Below are positions 24,581 to 37,000 of a stretch of DNA of 64,000 bases, one piece after another. The stretch covers positions 682,001-746,000 of the forward strand of contig MU008179.1 in the NCBI GenBank assembly GCA_010909165.1, written 5' to 3'. Position 1 is the first letter of the stretch. The number at the start of each line of letters is the position of its first letter. Origin of the DNA: Anthoceros angustus (Eukaryota; Plantae; Anthocerotophyta). The position numbers and the translations under genes are program-made. The notes beneath the pieces were generated by a model. The model saw only the letters and a list, made by a program, of their open reading frames with translations. It made no database searches and was not told the DNA's origin.

Positions 24581-24947
24581 TAGCACAATAATATTACACT
24601 GCAATTGGTGTGGGATGAGAATTTGAAGGTACTACTTAGTGGAGTTCGGGAATACTTAGTCCCTGGTCTAGGCAATCAAGCAACTAGGTCTCACACACAC
24701 GGGTACTCTAGTTCCTAAGCAAATCAGGCTCTGCTCGCACGCAACAGGTTAGTCTCGTCGCAAACTGAAAAAGTCCTAACCGATCAAGTTCTTCAACACA
24801 AAGTTCCGCTCGTTTTTCGGACAGGGACTGATGGAACGAACCAGTTAACGGACAAATCCTGTTAGCAATATTTTCCTCCCTCAAATTCACACGCATTTTT
24901 TCTGTACTGTTTGTGAACCCTTGACTGGAAAATAAGCCCTTGATCAC

Positions 24948-26437
24948 TCAGGGATGTCCTAATCGCGCGCCAGGAAACAAAAATGTCTCCGTACAGGCTT
25001 TGCTCCACTGCATTCACCACCCCGCGTGTTTCAGAGCAGGAGGAAAAGCTGGGATATGTAGGCTGTAAATTGAGAGTAAAGAGAATCAATCGCTTAGAAC
25101 AAGGGCATACCTCTGGGCCAAAGTAGGTGTCGAACAGTTTTATGGCTGGATCACGTTCAGCGTTATACTGGTCATAGGCGTCCTGTCGAGATTTTACGTA
25201 CTCCACTTGTTGTCTATCTTCGACAGGAACAGCTGTAAACAGTGCCTTGATATATTGATCCACGTATCCGACGTACACAGTGAATAACTCTCCCTTCGGA
25301 ACCTAGAACAACTTGAAGATAGAGAAAGGTTAGCTGTACCCTTGCCTGGTTGACGAGCCTAAGCCCTAATGCGATGGCCCAGAAATAGTGATGACGGACA
25401 TCAATTTCGGCAACTGCACACCTGTAAGATGGGGTCTTCAACACCTCGGTCGGATCTGTAGAAGATCAGCTGTTTTGAGAAAAATTGGTTCTCATCAAAA
25501 TGGCGAGAGGACATCCGCCCACAGTGTCGAAGGAAAGAGTTTCTTACGGGAGCCAGGGCACGAGTATGCCTATCCAGATAAGCAGTGTCTTGCTCCAGGG
25601 GAAGAAAGTCTATCACGCAGAGAATCTTACTGGCTCCGAGTGAAATGAGGTCGATGCCGAGCAAAGGCAAGTCGAATCTGGAGTGAGTTCATCCAAATGC
25701 ACAATGCAGTTCAACTGCACTTCAGTAGAGCTACATAAGACACGCAAGGTGCAAATAAGCAACAAAATTAAAGCTCCAGCACCCAAAATGGCTAACCTGG
25801 TGTCAGGATAGAGCAAGCAATTGAAGGCTTGCCCCGCTGCGCCAGCCTCGAAGTACGTGAAACGGATGCGACGCAAACGCTCCCCGCACAGGAGCCAGTT
25901 GCAGCACCGTGCTGGTTTGGAACCTTTCTTGCTTCGTTTTAACCGCAGCTCCGATGCCAAAGGGAGAAGACGCAAGCCAGGCACTCCTTCCACCAGGTTC
26001 TGCCAAATATGGTCCATATAAGGTCTGTAGACAAGATGAACGTCCTCCCCTCCCACAGAGGCTCCCATTTCGTGCCCTGGAAGAAACTGCGCACATCAAC
26101 TTAGCAACACAACCTGACGTAAGCTGGCAGGGCTACCAGGCCATGCTCAAGATTGAGCAATTCGGACGACGAGAAAAACCGTGGCAGGATCTTCCCGTAG
26201 CTCCTCGGAGATGGAGAAGCGAGACACAGAATTCCCATTGTGACAGGTGCGAGCAGCATCCCTGTCGCTGGAAGACGACGATGCTGATGCCTTCAGCCGC
26301 CAGCCATGACCATTCTTAGCAAGGTCGCGGATCCTTCCTTTCGGACTCCATGGCGAGGTTCTGCACGAAGAGGCGTCTCTGAATGCACTTGGAAAGCAGC
26401 TGCCAGAAGGTGCTGCCCGCAGTCTGCTAAGCGACAT
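24948..26437 (-). CDS. PUBS: Ferredoxin-dependent bilin reductase of the PebA lineage (phycourobilin synthase-like), plastid-targeted
   Basis: Transit-peptide-like exon 1. RRIRFTYFEAG..QAFNCLLYP|FDLPLLGIDL..CVIDFLPL…FDENQFFSKQL…QDAYDQYNAERDPAIKLFDTYFGPE|WSKACTETFLFP is PebA-like rather than HY2-like. Confidence 0.8.
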
Positions 26438-27010
26438 CGGAGCGCGAGATGTGGCACAAGAAACGGCGAACCAGCATGCGGTTGAGGTTGGGTTTTTTCT
26501 ATGCACAAGCTCTGCACGAGGCGAACGTGGAGTCTGCTAACAATAGATGGTTGCTCATGTGGGACCTTAATCGGAGCTGACTGTGTTATGTTAGACAGTA
26601 GGTGGCAGGTTTGTAGCAGGTGAGCGCCATCCAATGATTGAACCCTTGTACAACTCAGAAGCCTGAAATTACTGAACAGTAGTGGCTGAAGGATCACACA
26701 GCATAAAACACTGTTTTATCACACATTATCCTACGTCTCCTCGTCCCTAGATAATTAAATCCTTGGCTGCCCTTATCAACCTAGATTCTACCCGATGCCA
26801 ACTCGACTGAATTCCTCCTGGAGGCTTGCCCTACTTGACACATGTCTGCAGATGAGACGAGACAAATCCGAGAATACCTACCATCGCAGGGATTTCGCCC
26901 TATTCTTCATCTGATCCAACTCTCCTGCCCCCCGTCAAGATGCAGGAGAAACTTGATTTGCCTCAGAGGGTCTTGTCCTGTATTGTCTTGCCTTGAGAAG
27001 TAAAGAAAGA

Positions 27011-27879
27011 TCACTCGGATGCTTGGAACCTCATAAACCATCTGGCAACACGGTACCCCGAGAGCACTGAGGAGGCCGCAAGGCAAACAAAGGAAGCGAA
27101 GCCCATACCAACCGCCAGCTTGGCCTGTAAACAAAAGGCTTTGGCATCTCCACAGGTGTAAAGCCCCTGGATCTTCACCTCACCGTTCTGCAGGCTCTGA
27201 GCAATAGCAGCTCCAGCTGAGGCTGCGGAGAAGAGCAGGTAAGCAAAGCCCTGGAAAACACAACCGCAGAATGTCACCGTAAGTGTAGAAGTGGTTGCAG
27301 CTGGTGGAAACAAGACACAAACACTTCAACTTCTTACAACATACCTGATCATGGCCGTAGTCAAACCAAACAGCAAAGCCTTCCGGCATAAAAGTTGTGC
27401 CAGTCTGCAGAAGCCACAGGCCAAGCCCCGTTTCTGCGAGGGAGTAGGTCCCGATAATAGCGTTCACAGCCAGGACATACCTGCATCCAGCCAGTAACAT
27501 ACTCCCGACTTTCAGTCCCGATCCCGGTCCTCCTCACCATCAGCATTGCCGCAATGCAAAGCTTCAAATATAAAAATGCCTCCATACCACACCCAATCCA
27601 GGACATGCAAATCACTCACCGATAGGCATCGTAGTCATACCACCGCACCTTGTCGGCAGAAGTAGCGACCGTATGACTGTTAGTAGCCATGAGCGCCACA
27701 GCGGCAACAGCAAAGCCGAAGGTAAGCAGCCGCAAGAGCACCAGCAGGCGGTCGGAGTGGCGGTTCTTGTTCACGATTGCGGCGGCTCCGAAGTAGTGCA
27801 CATCCTTGGAGGGAGCATGGTTCCCGTTCTCCGCGTCGCCGTAGTGAGTGAGCGTCCGTTCCTCAGCCCCGGTAACCAT
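27011..27879 (-). CDS. CASPL4C: CASP-like protein 4C (MARVEL/DUF588), 3 exons
   Basis: LLRLLTFGFAVAAVALMATN…WYDYDAYR|YVLAVNAII…VWFDYGHDQ|GFAYLLFSAASAG…FCLQA…SSVLSGYRVARW. Confidence 0.88.
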
Positions 27880-28565
27880 GGCCGGACGCGCAAACTTCAC
27901 GCCACTCCCTCCTTCCCTGGAGCTTCAGAGACAAGAATGCAGATCCTCAGGCTCCTCAAGCTCGCCCTCCAGAACCAGCTCCAATCCGACAAGCTCGCCT
28001 TGCCTCACCTCCCTGCTCAACCGTGCGCGGCTCCTCTGCACACCTCCTGTCCCGACTTGCAGAATGTGCCGCCCGAGGCTGCGCATTCATACGCAGGCTG
28101 GCCGGGGTCGGCATCGCGGCAGCGCAGCTAAAAATGGCGAGCGGGAGACGAGCACGCATCGCGCTGCGCGCCCAGGAGGACAGGTGCGTCCCGCGGCGGT
28201 CGCGGCTGCGGACCAGCGGTCGCCGGCTCAATCAATTTTTGCGCTCCACGCCGTTGGCGGTAAACCTGGCTATGTATATTAGCTAAAATCGGTGGGAAGC
28301 GGACAAGCCAACCGTGGGGTTGCCCTAAACTTGTGGGTAAAAGTTCCACCTACTGTACGTACATGAACATCACTGCCAGCCGATTGGTCCACGAGTGTCA
28401 GCAATGAACGTGGGCTGCATTTTGCGGGAAAGACGGTTGTGGGTTTTTCATCTTGGGTTGTGGACGAATTATTCGGGTTATGCCTTCCACTTGGCCAAGT
28501 GCCAGCGAGTCCAAGTTGCTTCCAACTTTTTCTCTTCCAAGACTAGGTACATACAGCGCCGTGCT

Positions 28566-28688
28566 AATGCACCTGAGTTCATGGAGGCCGGATATTTATG
28601 TCCAGTTCAGGGTGAGGTGCCCGCTGATAGAGTACCTTGATGCACCTGAGTCCATGGAGTCCGGATATTTATGTCCAGTTCAGGGTGT
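28566..28688. repeat. 72-bp-period direct repeat (2 copies)
   Basis: atgcacctgagt(t/c)catggag(g/t)ccggatatttatgtccagttcagggtg at ~28567 and ~28640. Confidence 0.85.
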
Positions 28689-30154
28689 GGCCAGTCTAAC
28701 ATCTTGTTTGACGACTAAGTTTTTAAGTTTTGGTTTAGGGGATTGATTTAATTTTTTAAGTTCATACAGTATCAGCTTTGCTAACTTGGTGTGAAACGGC
28801 AGAATAGCGAAGGCGACCGTGGAGAGGTTGCGAGCAGCGATGACAGTGATGCCAGCAGGGTAGGAGAAAGTTGGAGCAGCACTCCGCCGAAGGCTCTAAT
28901 CTGTTGTCAGGCACATTGGTGGAGGCAGATGGAGTCCAGTTCCGTCACGTCTGCTTTTGCTTCGCTTTTTGCTTCTGCTTACCATCCATGGTTATGGACC
29001 ACGGAGGTGTGCTCAGCTGCTGGTGGTGGCCAACGGGGGAGATGGCCGTGCTGTTTGAGCAAAAGGAGAGTAAGTTTGCAGGTGGAGCGAGAAACTGCTG
29101 GAGCGGGCGGCGGGGTGGTGGCCACCTGGCCTGGTGAGTGTCAGTGTGAATTCCAGGTTTGGTATGTGCGTGTGGTTGTTAGTCGACTTGTTGAGAGCGG
29201 ATGCGAAAGTGGCTCCGGCCGTAGGGGTCCGATTTCATGAGCTGTAAATTCCTTGGTTCCTTGGTTGATAGCAGCACGCACGGGGGCGTTGGTGGAGCAA
29301 AGACAAAGTCGCATGGCTGGGGCCACTGGGCCAGGCAGGTAAGCAGGGTGGTAGGTCTGTGCGGGTGAGGCTGACTCGGATGACTGGTAGATGTTGCAAC
29401 TTCCTGCACAGGTGCGAGCGATCCTTCAGTACAGGTGACAAGTATGTGGCTTGGCCAGGAGAGTCGAGACCACTCGCTGGTGCACTGTGCTGCACCTTTC
29501 CTCCTTACACGGTGCTTCCGAGACATCACTTCTATGCCCTTCCTCTCTCAATTCTGATTGGAGCGATGGGGTTCTTGTGATTGCGTAGGAAACTGTACAC
29601 AGGAATGCATCCAAGAAACTGAAGACACTAAAACATGGTTATCTATGCAAATGTTTGTTTAATTTTGTATGAAGGGGATATTTAGCAGGTTAATAAACTG
29701 GGGCCAGCTTACCGATGAGAACAGCTTTGCTCCTCGTCTCCATAGCTTACGAAGTAGTGGAGGAAGTCTTATGTCACAGCATCCGAATGAAGCCCGAAGC
29801 CTTTTGGAAGGAGGATTGGGGAGCTAGCGGGAGACGCCGAGTGTAGCCTATGGAATGTAATCGGCTTGCCGGAAAGGTGTCACGCTCGCAGAGCCAGCAC
29901 AGTCGAAACAGCAAGAGGCCCATCGGTCAGAAGACAGTCCTCCACCTCCAGCCTGTTGAGGAACATCCCCCACCGCGGCGGGCACTTGGGTGGCAGCCGG
30001 CGGCTGAGCTGGCAGAAGAGCAGGGTAACACGCGTCGCCTACGTGGCGATTGGGCTGCCGCCGGGCCTGAATTCGGACTGGTGCTCCGGCTACGAGGCGG
30101 GGCGTCGGAGAGTTGCGCGCGGTGGGTTGACGGTGGGGCTGTGTGTGGGCGACG

Positions 30155-31360
30155 ATGCATCAGGTGGAGCGTCCGAGCGAGCCCCGGGCGGGAGAGTTCG
30201 CGGGGGAGATGGAGGCGGTGTCGGTGTCGATCAAGGCGGAGATGGCCACCAGGCAGGCGGCGCTGTACGAGGAGGGCGGGGAGCAGGCGGTAACAGTTGC
30301 GGAGGATGGTGGTGCCTTGCTGAACGGCGCGGGCCGGGGCGAGAGCTCCAGGATGCAGCCGCAGGTGCTGTACGGCTGCGCGGTGCTGCACAACCTGCGG
30401 GGCCACCCGATGGAGGACCTGCACGTCGCGGAGATACGGGAGATGGGCGACGACGCGGAGGTGGGCTTGTTCGCCGTCTTCGACTCGCACTGCGGCACCG
30501 AGGTTGCCGCCTTCCTCCAGCGCAGGCTCTTCGACAACATTATTTCGGAGGGCGGGGTGTGGTGGGATCCCGCCGGGGCGACCCGCGACGGCTACCTCTT
30601 GACAGATAGGCAGGTGATGGTCGATTGATCCAACAATCTGAAGAAAACGCAGTACCTGCACACAATTCGTAAACTTTGCCCACCAATTGCCGTCCATGTC
30701 ATGTTGAACTCGTGTGGTGTTGGGCAGATTCTGGAGGGATCTGCCCAACTCCCTGCCACGGCCGGCAGCACGGCCGTCACGGCCATGATTATGGAGCACG
30801 GCAGCAGGCTGGTGGTGGCCAACTTGGGGGACTCCCGTGCGGTGCTCAGCAAGGATGGGGTCGCTGTGCAGCTCTCTGTCGATCACAACCCCGGTCGGCC
30901 CACGGAGCGGGCCAATGTGGAAATGCGCGGCGGAGTGGTCACCAGCTTGCCCGGTCAGTTTCTTTCTCACCTCTCTTTCTGTCATTCCGGTGATACCCCA
31001 ACAAATGATTTTGATTACCCGCCTCCTAATCGTGCGCTCTGTCTTTGTGTGTTTGTGACAGGTGATGTGCCGAGAGTGGATGGGCAACTGGCTGTGGCAA
31101 GAGCCTTCGGCGACAAGTCTTTAAAGGATCACATGAGTGCTAAACCGGACGTAACGGATCAGTTGATCGACCTTTCCTGCGAGTATCTTATTCTGGGTAG
31201 CAATGGCCTCTGGTTCGCTTTCAACAATCAGGATGCTGTGGATTTTGTGCGGAACATTCAGGACCCTTTGGAAGCTGCCACGAGTCTTGTGCAAGAGGCT
31301 CGTAATCGCGGTAGCGAGGATGATGTAACGGCCGTAGTCATCAGGTTCAACGAACTCTGA
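30155..31360 (+). CDS. PP2C-family protein (clade F-like) with substituted metal-binding residues, 3 exons
   Basis: MEDLH, FAVFDSHCG, GSTAVT, VANLGDSRAV, QLSVDH, RVDGQLAVARAFGDKSLK, LILGSNGLW, GSEDDVTAVV. Confidence 0.9.
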
Positions 31361-31860
31361 TAACCTTAAGACTGTCCACTACGACAGGACAGTCTTAGTT
31401 CCGATGTAAAAATTAGAAGATTCCTTAGTAGCGTAATTTGAAACCTGGGCTAATCACATTTTCCATAACAAGACAAGGCAGTGCCCTCCTGACAAATCTC
31501 AGTCACTAGCCAACGTCAATTTTCTCCGTCCTATTGCACATTCTTGACGTTGGGCAGTAAAACCTTCCCTCACCGGAAGAAGCTCGTAATTGCGGTAGTG
31601 AGAATTATGTAACGGCTGTAGTCATCAGGTTCAACGAACTCTGATAAGCTTAAGGATGTCCACTACGGCTGGACGCTCTTCATTCCGATGTAAAAACTAG
31701 AAAATTCCTTAGAAGAGTGTTTCAAACGTGGGCTAATCATATATTCCATAACAAGACAAAGCAGTGCCCACCTGACAAATCTCAGTCACCATCCAACATC
31801 AATTTTCTCCTTCCTACAGCACCCTCGACGTCGAGCAATAGACCCTCCCCCCACCGCAAG
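31298..31860. repeat. ~285-bp tandem duplication of the PP2C 3' end and 3' UTR
   Basis: gctcgtaat(c/t)gcggtag…ttcaacgaactctgataa…ctgacaaatctcagtcac occurs at ~31298 and ~31582, diverged by substitutions. Confidence 0.88.
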
Positions 31861-32140
31861 AGCAAAACCTATTCCGCTACACCTATAATTGGCTTACTAC
31901 GCTAAAAAATTGATCCAAGTCCTTAAAGACCCCATGCCAACAAAGCTTTCGAACTTGTTACGACGAAATACCATCTTGAAATTTATGTCTCGATAGTTAG
32001 TTTCCATCGTAGCTTAACCGTTCTCGCCACATTCCCGTTTCGGGGTCCTCAAGACCTGAAGGGTTCAAGCACCAGACAGAGAGTGAGTCGGCTGCGGGCA
32101 CTACCTCCCAAACGACACATTTTCTTGGGCCTGCTTTTTC

Positions 32141-34067
32141 TTACCTGCTATTGGCAGTCTTTGTCTTGCTTAGACTTGCGAGCTCCTCTATCAACTTTCT
32201 CTCCTCACTGCTCAAGCGCTTGGGGATCTCCACCTGCACTCGCACCAGCTGGTCTCCACGCAAATTGGGCTTGCCTAACAGTGGAACTCCCCTTTTGGCC
32301 ATGACCAAAGTAGTCCCTGGCTGAGTGCCTGCAGGAATTTTCAAATCTACAGTCCCATCAACTGTCCCCACCTTTGCAGTAGTACCTAGAATGGCATCAA
32401 TGTAGGAAACCTTAATCGACGTGAGAATGTTATTCCCATCACGTTTCAACTCTGGATCCGACTTCACATTTATAAACACATATAGGTCTCCTGGAGGACC
32501 TCCCCTCCTCCCTGCATTCCCCTCAGACCTGACCCGGAGTCGGCTTCCAGAGTCCACACCAGGTGGTACCTTTAAACTAATCTTCTTCGACTTCCTAACT
32601 CGGCCATCGCCATTACAGGTGTTGCAAGGGCTCACAATCTCTCCTGTGCCCCCACAGGCTGGACATGTTGAAACCTGCCTGAAGTCTCCCAGTGGAGTTT
32701 GAGCAGTCGACATAACCTGACCTTGGCCACCGCATGTCGTACAAGAGCTAGGAGTACTCCCAGGTTTAGCACCTGATCCATTACAAGTATTGCAGGACTC
32801 TAGCCGGGTAACTTCTATGTCTCTGTCTGTCCCAAACACAGCATCTCTGAAGTCCAGGAGTAGATCGTATCTCTCATCATCACCTTGCATTGGCCTATTC
32901 CGGGCTGCTCGCCCACCCATACCACCCATTCCCCCCATGCTGCCGAAGAAAGTCTCAAAAAGATCAAATGGATTGTTAAAGTCCTGCACACCCACAGCAC
33001 GCCAGGTAGTTAGCTAGCAAGCGCAAATTAAATATGCCTAGTATTGAACAACGGGAGTTACCCTAGAAAGCCACGCAGAAATAGCAGAATATGCCTACCG
33101 AGGCTCCTGCTGCACCAGCGCCTTTGAGACCAGCTTCTCCAAACCTATCGTAGAGTGAGCGCTTCTCATCATCTGACAAAACCTGCAACGAAACCAAAGC
33201 TGGGAGGTGAGGAAACAGTAATCATACTTATCTGCCACTGCAGACAAGCAGTTATACAATTAACATGTGAGACCTAAAAAATTGGCAAAACTGATAACAG
33301 TACCTCATAAGCATTACTGATTTCCTTGAACTTTTGCTCCGCTCCTGGGTCTCTGCGAAATCCCACGACCATCAACAATGTGAGATCCGGCACCTCAGAG
33401 GGCACCGAGTCTTTAAGAGCAACTGCAACTTGCACTCCTGTGCTAGTCTCGGCCGGCTTCCCCATAGCAGACGACTCACTTGTTCACGTCGGGATGATAC
33501 TGCCTTGCGAGCTTCCTGTAAGCTGTAATGAGGCAAAACCAAGTTCCGTCAGGCATTCACATCCCTAACCAGTACATAAGCCCTACGAGCGGCGACACCT
33601 CTCCTGCAAGCAAAAGGACCTTACCGCTTTTAATGTCTGCCTTGTCCGCATTTTTGTTGACCCCAAGCACAGAGTAGAAGTCCTGCAAAGTACCGAAGGC
33701 GTTGAAACGAAGACAAAGGTCTTCACTTAGAGACGACAGGATAACCAGGGCTCAGCACACAAGTGCACGAATTCGATCCAAACATCCAGAACCGCGACAC
33801 GAGACCGAAGCAAGTACCGCGCCAGCTGACACGACAAGCCTAGAATTTCGAGCACGCCGTCCCCGCCCTGGACGCGAGACTGACAACCGAAGAGCTCCGG
33901 ACGCCATAAACTCGCTGCTCGAACCCTCAATGCCATAACTGCGCCTGCAGAATGATAGCCACAAGCTTAGGTCATAGGTTATACACCACCAACACCCTGG
34001 TTTCTGGCCTGTTCACCGACACAGTCTCTGAGAGCCATGAAGCCGAATACAGGATGGAAGTTGCCAT
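32141..34067 (-). CDS. Chloroplast type-A DnaJ chaperone (DJA5/6/7-like)
   Basis: Transit peptide; J domain [22 protein letters not shown]|..[13 protein letters not shown]; G/F region; four CxxCxGxG repeats; C-terminal peptide-binding domain. Confidence 0.93.
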
Positions 34068-35943
34068 GTGCTGAGTAGGGAATCCACAATCCACGAGTTT
34101 TTGGCAAACAGGTGCCACAGGAATCAAGCATTCCTTTACCTGTTTTGCGAGGAGGGGACAGCGCGGGGAAGGCAGGCGGAGGTGCTGGGAGCGCGTTGCC
34201 ACACAGCCTCGAGCGGTGCTGCCTGCTGCATCGGCCTGGCTACTCCCACGGCCCTGGCCATGGTCTGCCTTAGCAAATTCCCTTTCCGAGCCTGATTCAG
34301 GAACCTCGTCTCCGCCCACGCCCAATCCAGGACGCTTGCGCCCTCGCAGGCCCCAGCTATTGGGATTGGCGGCCGACGCTCCAGAGCGTCCTGGTCGAAA
34401 AGCGTACAGAATCCGCGAGCTGGAGTGTGCGGGGTCTCGGCCACCGGCTGGGCCGGTCGGTCGTCGGCACACGCATTAGGGCTTCTCAGATATTTGGCAT
34501 TGGCAAGTTGGCGGTAACTGCGCGTTTCAGGGACTGTGGTGGCCACGAAGCGGCCTCGGCAGGATAAAGTGGATGCCTCTAGAAACTTGTACCGGCTGCA
34601 GCCGGTGGAAGCCCTAGACGGTGGCTCAGGAGCAGCTGGTGGCGCACAGCTTTCCAGGTGGCACTGTGGCCATGTCACTGGCCAAGTGGATTGGAAAAGG
34701 CTTCCACTTCCGAGTGCGCACCACGGAGTTTGTGGTTGCCCTGAACGGCGTGCTCAGATGGGCATCGGAGGGAGTTGTCGTAAACGTGGAAGACTATAGA
34801 GGAACACAGCTTAGGAACTCGCTTGAGCCCATCCTGGGTGGCTCCAAGAGCTGTTGCCAATGATCATCCTGCTACATAGCTGCAAGAAGTGTCAGCAATG
34901 AAGACCCTGCTATGTAGGTGCAAGAGCGTTAGCAATCAATATCCACTGCAAAATGCGCGGAAAGTGAAGTATGTCCAGTCCAAGACTCTCCTCGTGATAC
35001 CAGTTCTTCATGTGAACAAGCAGTGGACGTCTCAAGGCATCAACTCCAGTAACTTTGCACATGAACGGACAAGAAGTCGGCAACTGTAACTTGGAGGAAG
35101 CTCCTGTGAGAGGACACTGGAAGGTTGTGAAGCAAGTCCACGGCTGATGAGCAAGCGACCGCGCGCTTTAGGAAAGATGTCACCTGGACCGTACCGAAAG
35201 CTATGCCATGAACTTGAACTAGAAATCCTAACACAAACCCTAGTCAGTGAGCGTTGTCAGGGCCAGTTTACATCTGGTACTACGAATGGAGAAGAGGCGC
35301 GCCGGACTTAGGGATCTTCTGCTCCACATTAGGTTCATTCTGAAACATCTAATCCAGTGAAGCCAGAACCCGCCAACGCGCGTAGTCGCTGGTTCCTTAC
35401 AGACATCGCCAAATGGCCGGTAAAAGTAACCACGTGTCTGTGTTACTGTCTCAGGTTTCACTCTCGCTGGCGGAGTGAGCGCATGGAAGAAACAACTGGT
35501 GCGCCGTGAATTTTCGACGTCGACAACCTGCGGCAATTTAGACGTGGGATACAGCCTTGCGAGCCACGCAGCCTTTGCCCCCAGATCCGATGCTGCTCGA
35601 TTAGCGCGCGATGTATCATTTCTCGACACATCAAGAGCTGCAAAATTTCCGTGTTGCAAGAGCGGGTATAAATCAGCATCCCCAACCTCCAGAACCGCAT
35701 CCCACTCTTCATCTCCTCTGCGTTCAGCACACTCAGGTTGCACTGAACTGCTGCACATCTTCGCTACAGGTTGGTCGCATCACTGCCTCAGACTCGCATT
35801 TCCAATCTTTCGACCTTGTCATTTGTCTTTGAGGAACTCCTTTCTCAACGTACACTCACGGCGGTGAGCACTATTGTGCCACATTGTGCATGTGATTCAG
35901 CGAACGAGTTAGGAGAGTCCATTTCGACGTCCACTTCCACAAA

Positions 35944-36639
35944 ATGGCAGCAGCAACAATGGCAATCACCAGCGCAACCTTGGTCCCCGCCAGCGTCCGC
36001 AGCAGCATGAGCAGCACCTTCCAGTGCAAGGGCCTCCCACAGCTGGCGCCTCGGCGCCGGGCCATGAGCGGCGGCATCCGGTGCGAGGCCGAGTCGAACG
36101 GAGCAGGCCCCTTGACGGAGGTGCGGGAGAGCGTGGACAGGGCAACCAAGCGCGAGATCACGCGGGAGGACATCCTGCGCAACCAAGAGACGAACGAGTC
36201 GGAGCAGCGGTCCGTGATGGGCGCCCGACCGACGAGCGGCGCCCCCTACCCCCGCCCGGAGATCGAGCGCCGCCCGGAGACCGGCGACCGGTCCTTCACC
36301 AGCGTGTTCGCCTTCGACGGCCCCGCCCCCGAGACCATCAACGGGCGCATGGCCATGGTGGGATTCGTGTGGGCCTTGGTGGCCGAGAAGCTCACGGGCC
36401 TCACCGTGTTCGAGCAGGTGCTCAACCCCTACAGCTCCGGCCTCGTCTTCTTCGTCGCCACCGTGCAGCTCTTCACCTACGCGTCGCTGGTTCCCATCGT
36501 GAACGGGGAGTCCACCGACGCCAGAAGCTGGGGCCCCTTCAACGCCCGCGCAGAGCGCTGGAACGGCCGCCTCGCCATGATCGGCTTCGTGGCCCTCCTC
36601 ATCGACGAGGCCATCCGCCAGGGCCCCCTCATTCACTAG
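35944..36639 (+). CDS. ELIP: Early light-induced protein (three-helix LHC-like), intronless
   Basis: Transit peptide; AFDGPAPETINGRMAMVGF and AERWNGRLAMIGF LHC motifs; high GC3. Confidence 0.92.
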   Translation: MAAATMAITSATLVPASVRSSMSSTFQCKGLPQLAPRRRAMSGGIRCEAESNGAGPLTEVRESVDRATKREITREDILRNQETNESEQRSVMGARPTSGAPYPRPEIERRPETGDRSFTSVFAFDGPAPETINGRMAMVGFVWALVAEKLTGLTVFEQVLNPYSSGLVFFVATVQLFTYASLVPIVNGESTDARSWGPFNARAERWNGRLAMIGFVALLIDEAIRQGPLIH

Positions 36640-37000
36640 ATCCCTCGGGCTCCATCTGCTCAAGCCTTGAGCCTTGTACATTGTACATAGTACATAAGTA
36701 GCTCTGCACGACATTACAAATGTGAACGCGCATCACTTCAGGAGTGCTTGTAAAGGTTTACATGTATTTAGAAACTGAGCACTTAGCGTGGCTAAGGTTA
36801 ATATGACTACCTACGTACCTGAGGTGTTAGCACAAATCGTAACCGAAACATGCATGTTGTCCCGACTTCCTCCCTCGGTCGCGAGAGCACGGCCGTTTTT
36901 CTGGTAGCAACCAGGCTGCGGATGTCTTTCTTGGGTCGTGTAAGCGGAATGAGCGAAGTGTCTGCCAGGCCTGGCAGCCCGCGCAATCGAAGCAGCTGAC

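Noticed and set aside
28760-29640. Possible LTR/PBS region or small genes
   Set aside because: No TG…CA paired LTR, no convincing PBS, and the ORFs lack motifs.
29866-31087. Long alternative-frame and antisense ORFs (247 aa, 386 aa) over PP2C
   Set aside because: Shadow ORFs caused by high GC3 codon bias of the real gene.
35240-35758. 172-aa minus-strand ORF between DnaJ and ELIP
   Set aside because: No recognisable domain or splice-supported structure; it overlaps the expected ELIP promoter.
35845-36714. 289-aa antisense and 225-aa alternate-frame ORFs over ELIP
   Set aside because: GC-rich shadow frames with no recognisable motifs.
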